Shown here: positions 18,163 to 26,806 of the stretch, in pieces
How the letters are laid out: the number at the start of each line of letters is the position of its first letter
Numbering within the stretch: position 1 is the first letter of the stretch
Source of the DNA: Firmicutes bacterium CAG:24053_14
Lineage (GTDB): Bacteria > Bacillota > Clostridia > Oscillospirales > Oscillospiraceae
NCBI GenBank assembly: GCA_001916715.1
Contig: MNSZ01000064.1
Location: 89,097-153,096, forward strand
DNA length: 64,000 bases
Direction: 5' to 3'
Program-made: the position numbers and the translations under genes
Notes under the pieces: model-generated
Databases searched by the model: none
Told to the model about the DNA's origin: nothing
What the model saw: only the letters and a program-made list of their open reading frames with translations

Positions 18163-18724
18163 ATGAATAAAACAGCACTCAAAAATGCCGCCATAGATTC
18201 AATCGAGTCTATGGCGGACTTCTACGAAAAAAACAGCAGATGAGATATGGGAGAACCCCGAGCTTTCGCTAAAGGAGTACAGGGCCGCGGCGCTTTACTG
18301 CCGCATCCTGCGCGAGCACGGCTTCAATGTGCGCGAAAAGCTCTGCGGCTCGTTTGGCAGCGGCAGACCGTATATCGGTATCCTCGGCGAATTTGACGCG
18401 CTCTCCGGCCTTTCGCAGAAGGCCGGATCGTGCGAAAAAGACCCCGTCGTTCAGGACGTGAGCTGGCTCACGCCTGCGGCGCAGATCGAAACTGCAACAT
18501 GGCCCAGCGGCATGCCCCTGCACACATGGCAAACGGTTGCCTGCGGCAAAAGCAGCATAGCGTACAAGGGCATGCTTTGTGCAGGCAAGGTGATGGCGGC
18601 TTCCGCAATAGATCTCATAGAGGATCCTGAGCTGCTGAAAGCAGCACGCGAGGAGTTTAAGCGCCGTGCAAAGGGCGGATACACCTGCCCTATAGAGCCG
18701 GAGACCGTGCCGACAGCGCTCTGA
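18163..18724 (+). pseudogene. Remnant of an M20-family amidohydrolase (AbgB/aminobenzoyl-glutamate utilisation type)
   Basis: The N-terminal piece MNKTALKNAAIDSIESMADFYEK stops at 18243. The sequence continues in another frame (DEIWENPELSLKEYRAAALYCRILREHGFNVREKLCG...GILGEFDALSGLSQKAG). It then jumps directly to the C-terminal end (VSWLTPAAQ...CPIEPETVP). The whole is under 190 aa, versus about 480 aa for intact members. Confidence 0.7.
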
Positions 18725-18818
18725 TGGGCATAATTTTTCTCAGTTAACAAAATTGTGCTTTCATTTTCCGCGCGTATGTGCTATACTTCGGGTGTTTGTG
18801 CACATTGGAGGCATTGGT

Positions 18819-19442
18819 ATGAAAAAAAAGCTTCTCTTCGCCCTGGTGCTGCTGCTTATGGCGGCTGCACTGCCGATTTCGGCAAGCGCCGAGCTGGGGA
18901 TAAAGCCCGTAGCCGACCCGTGGGACGATCCGAATAATCTCATAAAAGACGGGGCAGTTTATACGGCGTATAACGAAGATGGATATATTGTCGCGTGGGA
19001 AACGCCGGAATGTGATGTAAACGGCAAGTATATGCTCATCAAAAACGACACCGAGCTGAAGGTGGAATATCGCGTTAGCTATATGGGCGATGTGCCTTGG
19101 GGGCATGTCACAGTGAAAAACGACGGCGACGAGGATTTTGCCGGCTGGGTGCTTATGAGCGATTTGCTCGGAGCCGACGGTAAGCCGGCTGCGGAAGCTC
19201 CCGTCAAGATCCCCGACCACCCGATGATAGCGGATCCTACGCCCGAACCGAGCGAGGAGCCGGAAAATCCCGAGGCAACGCCTACGCCCACTGTCCCGGT
19301 TCGCCCGGAGCAGGCGATAAACATAAGCAACACATATAATTCCGCGATAGTGTACACATCCGTTGCGATCGCGGCAGTGGCGATCGCCTTTGCGATCCTC
19401 GTCCTTGTAAAGCATAAAGCGCTGAATAAAAAGGGCGAATAA
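18819..19442 (+). CDS. Exported protein with a Pro/Glu-rich linker and a C-terminal TM anchor (hypothetical)
   Basis: Signal peptide MKKKLLFALVLLLMAAALPISASA after a GGAGG RBS. PEPSEEPENPEATPTPTVP linker and a C-terminal hydrophobic helix. Confidence 0.6.
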   Translation: MKKKLLFALVLLLMAAALPISASAELGIKPVADPWDDPNNLIKDGAVYTAYNEDGYIVAWETPECDVNGKYMLIKNDTELKVEYRVSYMGDVPWGHVTVKNDGDEDFAGWVLMSDLLGADGKPAAEAPVKIPDHPMIADPTPEPSEEPENPEATPTPTVPVRPEQAINISNTYNSAIVYTSVAIAAVAIAFAILVLVKHKALNKKGE

Positions 19443-19485
19443 TACGAACGATTTAGGACATAATAATATCTGCAAGCCGAAAACC

Positions 19486-19512
19486 TTAGCACTCGAACAA
19501 AAAGAGTGCTAA
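19486..19512. promoter_or_regulatory. CIRCE element (HrcA operator)
   Basis: A perfect TTAGCACTC-N9-GAGTGCTAA lies about 130 nt upstream of hsp20. Confidence 0.9.
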
Positions 19513-19642
19513 GGTTTACAATTTATTCACAAAAAGCACTATATTTGTTCATAATTATATGGTACTTTATATACAACAAGAAACGAGAGTTATAAATTCA
19601 AAACCGAATTTAAACTCTCCTCAAAAATTGGAGGTATTGATT

Positions 19643-20074
19643 ATGTTTGAACTTACACCTTTTGGCTATCGCAGAGTAGCATCTTATAATCCTTTCCGTG
19701 AGCTGGAGGAAATGAGCCACAGCTTCTGGAACGACGCAGATGTCAGCGGTTTCCGCACCGACATCAAGAAAGTCGATGGCAACTATGTCCTCGAGGCTGA
19801 ACTGCCCGGCTTCAAGAAGGAAGATATCAACATTGATATCGATAAGGATTGCCTGACCATTTCCGCGGAGCGCAAGTCCGAGGAAAAGGAAGACAAGGGC
19901 GACAACGGTTTTGTACGCCGCGAGCGTTATTACGGATCGTTCAGCCGCAGCTTCAATATTAAAGGTATTGATACTGACGGTATCACCGCTGAGTATAATG
20001 ACGGCGTCCTGACTCTGACTATGCCGGAGAAGACCCCCGAGGTTCCTGCGGCAAGACGTCTTGAGATCAAATAA
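19643..20074 (+). CDS. Hsp20/alpha-crystallin family small heat-shock protein
   Basis: Alpha-crystallin domain (DIKKVDGNYVLEAELPGFKKEDINIDI...GVLTLTMPK-like). Start MFELTPFG after GGAGG. Confidence 0.9.
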   Translation: MFELTPFGYRRVASYNPFRELEEMSHSFWNDADVSGFRTDIKKVDGNYVLEAELPGFKKEDINIDIDKDCLTISAERKSEEKEDKGDNGFVRRERYYGSFSRSFNIKGIDTDGITAEYNDGVLTLTMPEKTPEVPAARRLEIK

Positions 20075-20134
20075 TCCCAAACAAATCAGATCAGATAGTT
20101 TTCTTTCATCCTCTCTCTTCCCCATAAAACAAAA

Positions 20135-20162
20135 ACCCGATGCCTTTGCATCGGGTTTTTTG
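20135..20162 (+). terminator. Intrinsic terminator after hsp20
   Basis: Stem ACCCGATGC/GCATCGGGT followed by a T-run. Confidence 0.8.
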
Positions 20163-20236
20163 TTGCATATATGTCCATTGTATGGTAAAGTCATAGACAT
20201 AGGAGACCACAATGTACGAAAAATAGGAGGAAAGAG

Positions 20237-21976
20237 ATGAAAAGAAGGTTAATTGCACTGCTTCTTGTTTTCGCGTTGCTGTGCCCGTTGCTGGCTGTCG
20301 GAGCTGCGGCGGATTATACTGTGTATATAACGGACACCGGCGAGAAGTATCACAATTACGGATGCAGATATCTCAGTGAATCATGCAGACCGATATCCGC
20401 AAGCTCTGCCAGAGCAATGGGATATACGCCGTGCTCGGTCTGCAATGCGCCGGTAGCAGAGCCTGAGCAAACCGGCTTTGTTGACGTTGCTCCGAATAAG
20501 TATTACTCCGAGGCCGTCGATTGGGCGGTCGAAAAGGGCATCACAAACGGCCTTGATAAGAGCCACTTTGGCCCTCAGCAGGCATGCACACGCGGCCAGA
20601 TAGTGACCTTCCTCTGGCGCGCAGCCGGCGAGCCGACGGTCGATGCAGGGATGACGTTTGACGATGTGCATTATGGCGATTATTGTTATAATGCCGTTCG
20701 CTGGGCCGTCAAAAACGGCATAACCAAGGGAACGAGCAGCACAAAATTCTCGCCCCAACAGCCGTGTACGCGCGGACAGGTGGTAACGTTCCTCTATCGT
20801 GCGGAGGGAAGCCCCGATGTCGGCAATGTCTGCCGCTTCAGCGATGTTGCTGATGATTCTTTCTGCCGCAGCGCGGTCATTTGGGCTGTTGCCAACAACA
20901 TAACAAACGGCAAGACCGAAACGACCTTTGCGCCGTCGGAGATATGCAACCGCGCCCAGATAGTGACGTTCCTGTACAGATTTTATAATCAGTCTACACC
21001 TACACCTACACCTACACCCACACCGACTCCCGCTCCTACGCCGACAACACCTGTCAGCAGCGATTACATCGTCAGCGGCAAGCTGCCGTATCCCTGCCCC
21101 GAGCCTTTGAGCTGCGTTCCCACGCCGGAGGATGAAGCAACGCACGATAATGTTCTTGCGCTTTTGGACAACTATTGCCCGAACGGTGCGTATATCCTGC
21201 GCGCAACGGAAATTGAGGGCGACAATTTCATGACATGGATGGAAAACGAAGCCTTGCTTGACTGCATCGGAACGGCAGTGCATGAGCAGTCACATGGCTA
21301 TACGTCGCATAACATGAGCTATAACGGAACGTGGGTCATGGCCTACTATACGGGCGAGGGCAAGCACATAAAGGTTCCCCAAACCGAAACATACCTAAGC
21401 GAGGAAATGGCAGTGCAGATCCCGGAGGAGCTGCGGACCTTCCGCTATGATACCTACGTCGGCAAGGGTGCAGTCGTTTCGGCCAATAAAAGAGGCATAT
21501 ACGGACTTATGAACGAGTTCACGGCATATTGCTGGGATACGATAACCAATAACTCAATGTATGAGTATTACCTCACGCAGGAGCTGACCGAGGAAAACTG
21601 GCTCAATTATGTTAAAATATCAAGCAGCCAGTATTATGCTTATTCGGAGTTTAAGTACTACATCCTTTCATACATGCTGTATGCAAAGGAAAATTACCCC
21701 AACATATACGAGCAGACGATGAATAACCGCGCGCTTCTTGACGCATTCAGGATAATCGAAGCGCGTTATCGCGGTGCTGTGGAGCAATATTTTGCCAATC
21801 TCGACAGATTGGAAACGTACCTGAAGGATAACGGTATAAGAGTTTTTCGCGACAAAGATATGTTCTATATTGGCTATTTTGGCTATGGGACATTTGAAGA
21901 CAAATATTATAATCTGCTGGAAAACGCGATGAAAGCCCCGGAATACGTCCAAATGTACAAACTGATGACTAAATAA
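20237..21976 (+). CDS. SLH-domain cell-surface protein with a C-terminal HExxH-containing domain
   Basis: Signal peptide, a Cys-rich YHNYGCRYL...CSVC module, three SLH-like repeats (F.DV..W..GIT.G....F.P...TRGQ.VTFLYRA), a (PT)n linker, and then a domain with AVHEQSHGY. Confidence 0.75.
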   Translation: MKRRLIALLLVFALLCPLLAVGAAADYTVYITDTGEKYHNYGCRYLSESCRPISASSARAMGYTPCSVCNAPVAEPEQTGFVDVAPNKYYSEAVDWAVEKGITNGLDKSHFGPQQACTRGQIVTFLWRAAGEPTVDAGMTFDDVHYGDYCYNAVRWAVKNGITKGTSSTKFSPQQPCTRGQVVTFLYRAEGSPDVGNVCRFSDVADDSFCRSAVIWAVANNITNGKTETTFAPSEICNRAQIVTFLYRFYNQSTPTPTPTPTPTPAPTPTTPVSSDYIVSGKLPYPCPEPLSCVPTPEDEATHDNVLALLDNYCPNGAYILRATEIEGDNFMTWMENEALLDCIGTAVHEQSHGYTSHNMSYNGTWVMAYYTGEGKHIKVPQTETYLSEEMAVQIPEELRTFRYDTYVGKGAVVSANKRGIYGLMNEFTAYCWDTITNNSMYEYYLTQELTEENWLNYVKISSSQYYAYSEFKYYILSYMLYAKENYPNIYEQTMNNRALLDAFRIIEARYRGAVEQYFANLDRLETYLKDNGIRVFRDKDMFYIGYFGYGTFEDKYYNLLENAMKAPEYVQMYKLMTK

Positions 21977-21980
21977 AACG

Positions 21981-22012
21981 AAAACGCCCGGTTCATTTGA
22001 ACCGGGCGTTTT
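21981..22012. terminator. Bidirectional terminator between convergent genes
   Basis: Stem AAAACGCCCGGTTC/GAACCGGGCGTTTT. Confidence 0.8.
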
Positions 22013-22017
22013 GCCGA

Positions 22018-23034
22018 CTAAAATCGTATCATCGAGCGGTCGATATCGCTGATTTTTCGCGCGCCGCACATGTACATTGCGTCCTTTAGCTCCGCACGGA
22101 GCTTTTCGACGTAAGTCACGATGCCGTCGGTCCTGCCGCCGTAGTAGCTTATGAGGATGGGCCTGCATATCATAACGGCGTCCGCACCGAGTGCAAGCGC
22201 CCGGAAGATATCCGTACCGCTGCGTATGCCGCCGTCAACGATTATTTTCACCCTGCCGCCGACGGCCTCGACGATCTCGGGCAGCACCTCGGCTGTTGCG
22301 GCGGCGCTGGCCAGAACACGTCCGCCGTGGTTTGAAACGACTATTGCCGCCGCGCCTGCGTCGGCCGCCTTTACAGCACCCTGCGCGGTCATAACACCCT
22401 TGATGATAACCGGCATTTCGGCGTATTCGCAAAGCTCGCGCAGCTGCTCGACGCTTTTTGCGCCGGCATCGGGACTGACCTTCTTAAGATGCGGAAGACC
22501 GGCCGAGTCGATGACGAGCGAAACGGCAAATGGATGCGCTGCGTTTGCAAGGTCAAGATTTGCCTTGATCGTCTCCATGCTCAGCGGATTTATCACCGGG
22601 ATGGCGATGCCGCCGTGCGCTATCGACAGCTCGCAGCCGTGAGGAAACACCCTCGCGTCGAGCCCGTCACCGAAGCTTGACGCAATGCCGCATATCTCGG
22701 CGGCCTGCGCGCAGCATTCGTTAAAGTCGCGGATATCGTCCGTGGGGTTGTACTGCGCCTTGAGCGAGCCGACCGGCGCGGAGATCAGCGGCATGGAGAG
22801 TCTTTTGCCGAAAAGCTCAATGCCGGTGTCAACAGGCGCGTCGGGAAAAATTGTGTCCATATTGAGCTTAATGCCGCGCCATGCCTTCCAATTGTCGTTT
22901 GCTCCGTTTCCGGGCGCTTTCGAGCCGGGGCCGGGCATGGTGTTTGCGCATGCAAGCCCGTTGCACTCGGGGCACACCTTGCAGTTCGGGCCGATGTTCT
23001 TTTTAGCGTTTGCGAGCACTTCCGCGTAGTCCAT
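22018..23034 (-). CDS. FMN-dependent alpha-hydroxy-acid oxidising enzyme family protein
   Basis: TIM-barrel FMN dehydrogenase motifs (VSNHGGR, DGGIRSG) with an N-terminal Cys-rich segment, as in Clostridial members. Last gene of the glg operon. Confidence 0.7.
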   Translation of the reverse strand: MDYAEVLANAKKNIGPNCKVCPECNGLACANTMPGPGSKAPGNGANDNWKAWRGIKLNMDTIFPDAPVDTGIELFGKRLSMPLISAPVGSLKAQYNPTDDIRDFNECCAQAAEICGIASSFGDGLDARVFPHGCELSIAHGGIAIPVINPLSMETIKANLDLANAAHPFAVSLVIDSAGLPHLKKVSPDAGAKSVEQLRELCEYAEMPVIIKGVMTAQGAVKAADAGAAAIVVSNHGGRVLASAAATAEVLPEIVEAVGGRVKIIVDGGIRSGTDIFRALALGADAVMICRPILISYYGGRTDGIVTYVEKLRAELKDAMYMCGARKISDIDRSMIRF

Positions 23035-23049
23035 ATCAATACCTCAAAA

Positions 23050-23060
23050 AATTATGTAAA
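23050..23060 (+). repeat. ATTATGTAAAC site 2/10, overlapping the stop codon of the GH13 gene
   Basis: The minus strand reads ..AAG TTT ACA TAA (KFT*). The site shares an 18-nt extension with site 8. Confidence 0.9.
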
Positions 23061-25340
23061 CTTAAATATTTCTGCCGAGCAGGGCGGCACAAGTCCGTTG
23101 CGGCTGCACCCGAGCAGCGGAACAAGTCCGCTTTCGCGCAGCTTAAATTCAGCGCTGCCGCGGTTGATAACGCAGACAATGCAGTCGCTTTCCGATGAGC
23201 GGCGAATGATGAGCACATCGGGGCCGGCGGCGGAAAACTCCGCTTCTCCGCTCATCAGTGCCTCGCTGCCGTTTCGTATCTCGCCAAGCTTAGCATAAAA
23301 GTTATGTAAACCCTTGCCCGACGGCTCAAACGGAGCGCGGTTGAACGGATCGCCGGCTCCGTCAAGGCACTCCTCGTCGCCGTAGTACAGGCATGGAACG
23401 CCGGGCGTGCAGTATTGAACAACGGCGCAGAGCATTTGCAGCCTGTCTGCGCGCGCCGATTGCTCCGGCGTGAGCGAAAATGATGCCTGCCGCGCACGGT
23501 CGAGCGCTTTCAGGCTCTCGCTTGCGCCGAGGGCAGAGTGCAGGCGCTCAACGTCGTGGGATGACAATAGGTTCATCAGCGCCATGTACATTGGCTTTGG
23601 ATAGTTATGCTGCTGTGAGAGAAGGAAATCGCGCAGCGCGAATGCGTCCGACTCGCCGCGCGCAAAGCTTATCACCGCCGAGCGGAACGGATAGTTCATC
23701 ACGCTGTCAAGCGCATAGCCCAAAGCGTAATTGCGGCGGTGACCGTAGCTTACCTTGAGCACCGCGTCCTCCCAAACCTCGCCGATAATGGCGCAGTCGG
23801 GCTTTTCGGCCTTTGCGGCATCGCGTATAAGCGCAAGCACATCGTCGGGAAGCTCGTCGGCAACATCAAGCCGCCAGCCGGAAGAACCGCGCCGGAGCCA
23901 CAGCTTAACTATGCTGTTCTCTGCGCGGATGATGTAATCCTGCCAGCTCGCATCCTCCTCGTTCACCTCGGGCAGATCCTTGAAATTCCACCAGCAGCGG
24001 TAATCGTCGGGGAAGGAGCGGAAGTCAAACCAGTTAAAATACGGCGAAGCCTTGCTCGCGTGCGCGCCGACGCCGCCGTAGCTGCCGAAGCGGTCGAAAT
24101 AAATGCTGTCCGCGCCCGTGTGCGAGAAAACGCCGTCGTTTATGACTTCTATACCGAGCCTTTCGGCCTCCGTACATAGGTTGACATAATCATCGACGCT
24201 GCCCAGTATCGGGTCAACGTTTTCGTAGTTTGACGTGTCGTAGCGATGGTTCGAGCGCGCCTCGACGATAGGATTCAGGTACAGCGTGCCTATGCCAAGC
24301 GCCTTGAGATACGGCAGCTTTTTCGCTATGCCCTTGAGCGTGCCGCCGTAAAAATCATCGGGGGCGTAGTCCTTCTCGCCGGGGCGCGGCTGCCATTTGA
24401 CCGGCTCGGCTATGCTGCCGTGCATTTCCGGCGTTTGCCCGAGGCGGCGATGATATTCAATGCCTGCCTGCGCAGCGCCGTCGTCGGAAAAGCCGAAGCG
24501 GTCGGGAAAAATCTGATACATGATGCTGCGGCAGAATTTCTCAGGCGTTTTGAAGCCGCGCTTATACACCGTGAGACGAAAACCCTCGCCGCCTGAGCAG
24601 ACGCGCGAGCTGTGCCCGTCGTCATCGGGGCACAGAAAGTGCTCACCGTTAATTTTGAATTTATAAAACAAAGCGGCGGGCGAGGGTGCGATAAACTGCG
24701 CTGTGAACATGTCGCCTGCGCGCCGCATGGAATGCTCCTGCGAGAAATCATCGCCGTAAACGCAGAGCAAAGCGTCCGTAACGCCGCCGAACGAGGCGAT
24801 GGAAAGCTCGATCGGCTCTCCTTCCTCCACAGCGCCGAGAGGCGAGCGGAACGAGGCGTCATATGAGTCGTGGAAGGCGAGCTGACGAATTTTTAGCTCG
24901 TCGCGCAGCAGCTTGTCCAAAAATGCAGTCCTCGGCTGAAGCTCCTGAAGCGGCTCAATTTCCGCCATGCCGCAAAGCGCCTTTCCGAATGTGCGCACAA
25001 GAACGGAGATAGCCTCGTCTATGCCAAGCCCCTTGTCGTCCATGAGCAGGCGAAAAAGCTCAGCAGGGAGAAGCCGGTCCCGCGCTTCCGGCAGAAACTC
25101 ATAGATCCTGCCGACAGGGTATTTAAACTGCTCGCATTTATCAGCAGCGTCAAGGACCTCGGCGGCAGAGCCGAGATACAGCCGCGCGGCTTCGGAAACC
25201 GCTTCCGCAGGCTGCCAGTGCCTGCCGTCGAACAGCACCTCGTGCTCCGCTGCGCCGTAATATTTAATGTACAGCCGGCCGTCTGCCCAAAGCTCGTCGT
25301 AGCCGGAGTAGGTGTTTATCGTTTTTATCAGAGCATCCAT
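23052..25340 (-). CDS. GH13 alpha-glucan hydrolase (neopullulanase/cyclomaltodextrinase-like)
   Basis: GH13 conserved regions DGVFSHTG, GWRLDVADE, IIGEVWED and LLSSHDVER. Overlaps glgA by 13 nt. Confidence 0.8.
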   Translation of the reverse strand: MDALIKTINTYSGYDELWADGRLYIKYYGAAEHEVLFDGRHWQPAEAVSEAARLYLGSAAEVLDAADKCEQFKYPVGRIYEFLPEARDRLLPAELFRLLMDDKGLGIDEAISVLVRTFGKALCGMAEIEPLQELQPRTAFLDKLLRDELKIRQLAFHDSYDASFRSPLGAVEEGEPIELSIASFGGVTDALLCVYGDDFSQEHSMRRAGDMFTAQFIAPSPAALFYKFKINGEHFLCPDDDGHSSRVCSGGEGFRLTVYKRGFKTPEKFCRSIMYQIFPDRFGFSDDGAAQAGIEYHRRLGQTPEMHGSIAEPVKWQPRPGEKDYAPDDFYGGTLKGIAKKLPYLKALGIGTLYLNPIVEARSNHRYDTSNYENVDPILGSVDDYVNLCTEAERLGIEVINDGVFSHTGADSIYFDRFGSYGGVGAHASKASPYFNWFDFRSFPDDYRCWWNFKDLPEVNEEDASWQDYIIRAENSIVKLWLRRGSSGWRLDVADELPDDVLALIRDAAKAEKPDCAIIGEVWEDAVLKVSYGHRRNYALGYALDSVMNYPFRSAVISFARGESDAFALRDFLLSQQHNYPKPMYMALMNLLSSHDVERLHSALGASESLKALDRARQASFSLTPEQSARADRLQMLCAVVQYCTPGVPCLYYGDEECLDGAGDPFNRAPFEPSGKGLHNFYAKLGEIRNGSEALMSGEAEFSAAGPDVLIIRRSSESDCIVCVINRGSAEFKLRESGLVPLLGCSRNGLVPPCSAEIFKFT
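23301..23311 (+). repeat. GTTATGTAAAC site 3/10 (variant first base), inside the GH13 CDS
   Basis: The minus strand reads GGT TTA CAT AAC (GLHN). Confidence 0.85.
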
Positions 25341-26806
25341 AGATAAAGCATTGCGTATTCCTCGGAGGAGCGGTCAAAGCTGAAATCGGCCTCCATTGCC
25401 TGACGCACGAGCGAGGACATGACCACCGGATTTTTATAGCAATCGAGCGCTAAAAGCATTGCGTCCTTCATCTCATGCGCGTTAAAATCGGCGAAAGAGA
25501 AGCCGGTGCCCTCGCCGGTAAATTTATTGTATGGCTTCACGGAATCTTTAAGGCCGCCGGTCTCGCGCACGATAGGCAGAGTGCCGTAGCGCATTGCGAT
25601 CATCTGCGAAAGGCCGCAAGGCTCAAAGCGCGAGGGCATGAGCAGAAAATCGGCTCCGGCGTAAACGCGGTGCGATAACTCTTCGTTATAGCCTATGTAT
25701 GCGCACAGTCTGCCCTTATAGCGTGCCTCGGCTTCGCGCATGAAGCTTTCGTATTCCTTGTCGCCGCTGCCGAGCATGAAAAACTGCATGTCGTTATACT
25801 GCATCAGCTCGTCGAGCATACGTTCTACAAGGTCAAAGCCCTTTTGCTCGGTCATGCGCGTGACCATTGCGAAAACGGGAACATCCTCGCGCTGCTCAAG
25901 ACCGAAATCACGCTGGAGCGCAAGTTTACATAATTTCTTGCCGTTGAGCCTGCCCTTGTTGTACCGCGCCGGGAGCGCAGGATCGGTGTAGGGGTTAAAC
26001 ACCTTGGTGTCGATGCCGTTTATTATGCCGGACAGCTCGTGCGATCTTGCGTCGAGAATGCCCTCAAGCCCCTCGCCGAAGTAGGCGGTTTTTATCTCAT
26101 TTGCGTAGGTCGGACTGACGGTGTTTATGCGGTCTGCGAAAACGCAGCCTGCCTTGAGGAAATCGGCGCAGTCGTTTAGCTCCATGAACTCGGGGGTGTA
26201 GTATTTATCCTCAACTCCGAGAAGATCCTGAACGTAGTCAAAGCCGAATTTTCCTTGATACGCAATGTTGTGTATCGTCAAAAGCCAACGCAGAGACGAC
26301 TGCATCGCGCCGCCGTACTGAGTCTTTGCGAGCATGGGCAGCATTGCCGTGTGCCAGTCGTTGCAGTGGACGATGTCGGGCCTAAATCCAAGGTTCGGTA
26401 TCGCGTCGAGCACGGCGCGTGTGAAGAAAGCGTACTGCTCGCCCTCTGCCTGGCCGCCGCGATAGATCTTGTCGCCGAAGTAAAACTCGCTGTCAACAAG
26501 ATAGATGCACACGCCGTCAAGCTCAAGGCGCTCTATGCCGCAGTACTGAGTGCGCCAGCCGAGGTTTACATAAAAATCGAACATGTGCTCGACCTGAGAT
26601 GCGTACTTATCCTTTATGCAGCGGTGATACGGAGTGATGACCCTTGCGTCAAAGCCGAGCTTTTTAAGAGCCTTCGGCAGCGTTCCGACAACGTCGGCAA
26701 GTCCGCCTGTTTTTGAAAGCGGTGCGCACTCGGCCGCTGCAAGCAGAATATTGGGTAGCTCCTTGCGGCCTTTTTCATTTAGAATGCTTCTGAACTGCTT
26801 TTTCAT
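25328..26806 (-). CDS. glgA: Glycogen synthase
   Basis: N-terminal ECAPLSKTGGLADVVGTLP motif and a GT5 family architecture. Confidence 0.92.
   Translation of the reverse strand: MKKQFRSILNEKGRKELPNILLAAAECAPLSKTGGLADVVGTLPKALKKLGFDARVITPYHRCIKDKYASQVEHMFDFYVNLGWRTQYCGIERLELDGVCIYLVDSEFYFGDKIYRGGQAEGEQYAFFTRAVLDAIPNLGFRPDIVHCNDWHTAMLPMLAKTQYGGAMQSSLRWLLTIHNIAYQGKFGFDYVQDLLGVEDKYYTPEFMELNDCADFLKAGCVFADRINTVSPTYANEIKTAYFGEGLEGILDARSHELSGIINGIDTKVFNPYTDPALPARYNKGRLNGKKLCKLALQRDFGLEQREDVPVFAMVTRMTEQKGFDLVERMLDELMQYNDMQFFMLGSGDKEYESFMREAEARYKGRLCAYIGYNEELSHRVYAGADFLLMPSRFEPCGLSQMIAMRYGTLPIVRETGGLKDSVKPYNKFTGEGTGFSFADFNAHEMKDAMLLALDCYKNPVVMSSLVRQAMEADFSFDRSSEEYAMLYLWML
25924..25934 (-). repeat. ATTATGTAAAC site 4/10 (reverse orientation), inside glgA
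   Basis: The plus strand reads GTTTACATAAT. The glgA frame reads AAA TTA TGT AAA CTT (KLCKL). Confidence 0.9.
26564..26574 (-). repeat. TTTATGTAAAC site 5/10 (reverse orientation, variant first base), inside glgA
   Basis: The plus strand reads GTTTACATAAA. The glgA frame reads TTT TAT GTA AAC CTC (FYVNL). Confidence 0.85.

Noticed and set aside
20995-21050. A microsatellite-like ACACCT repeats tract.
   Set aside because: It encodes a (Pro-Thr)n interdomain linker inside the SLH protein ORF, a common feature of surface proteins.
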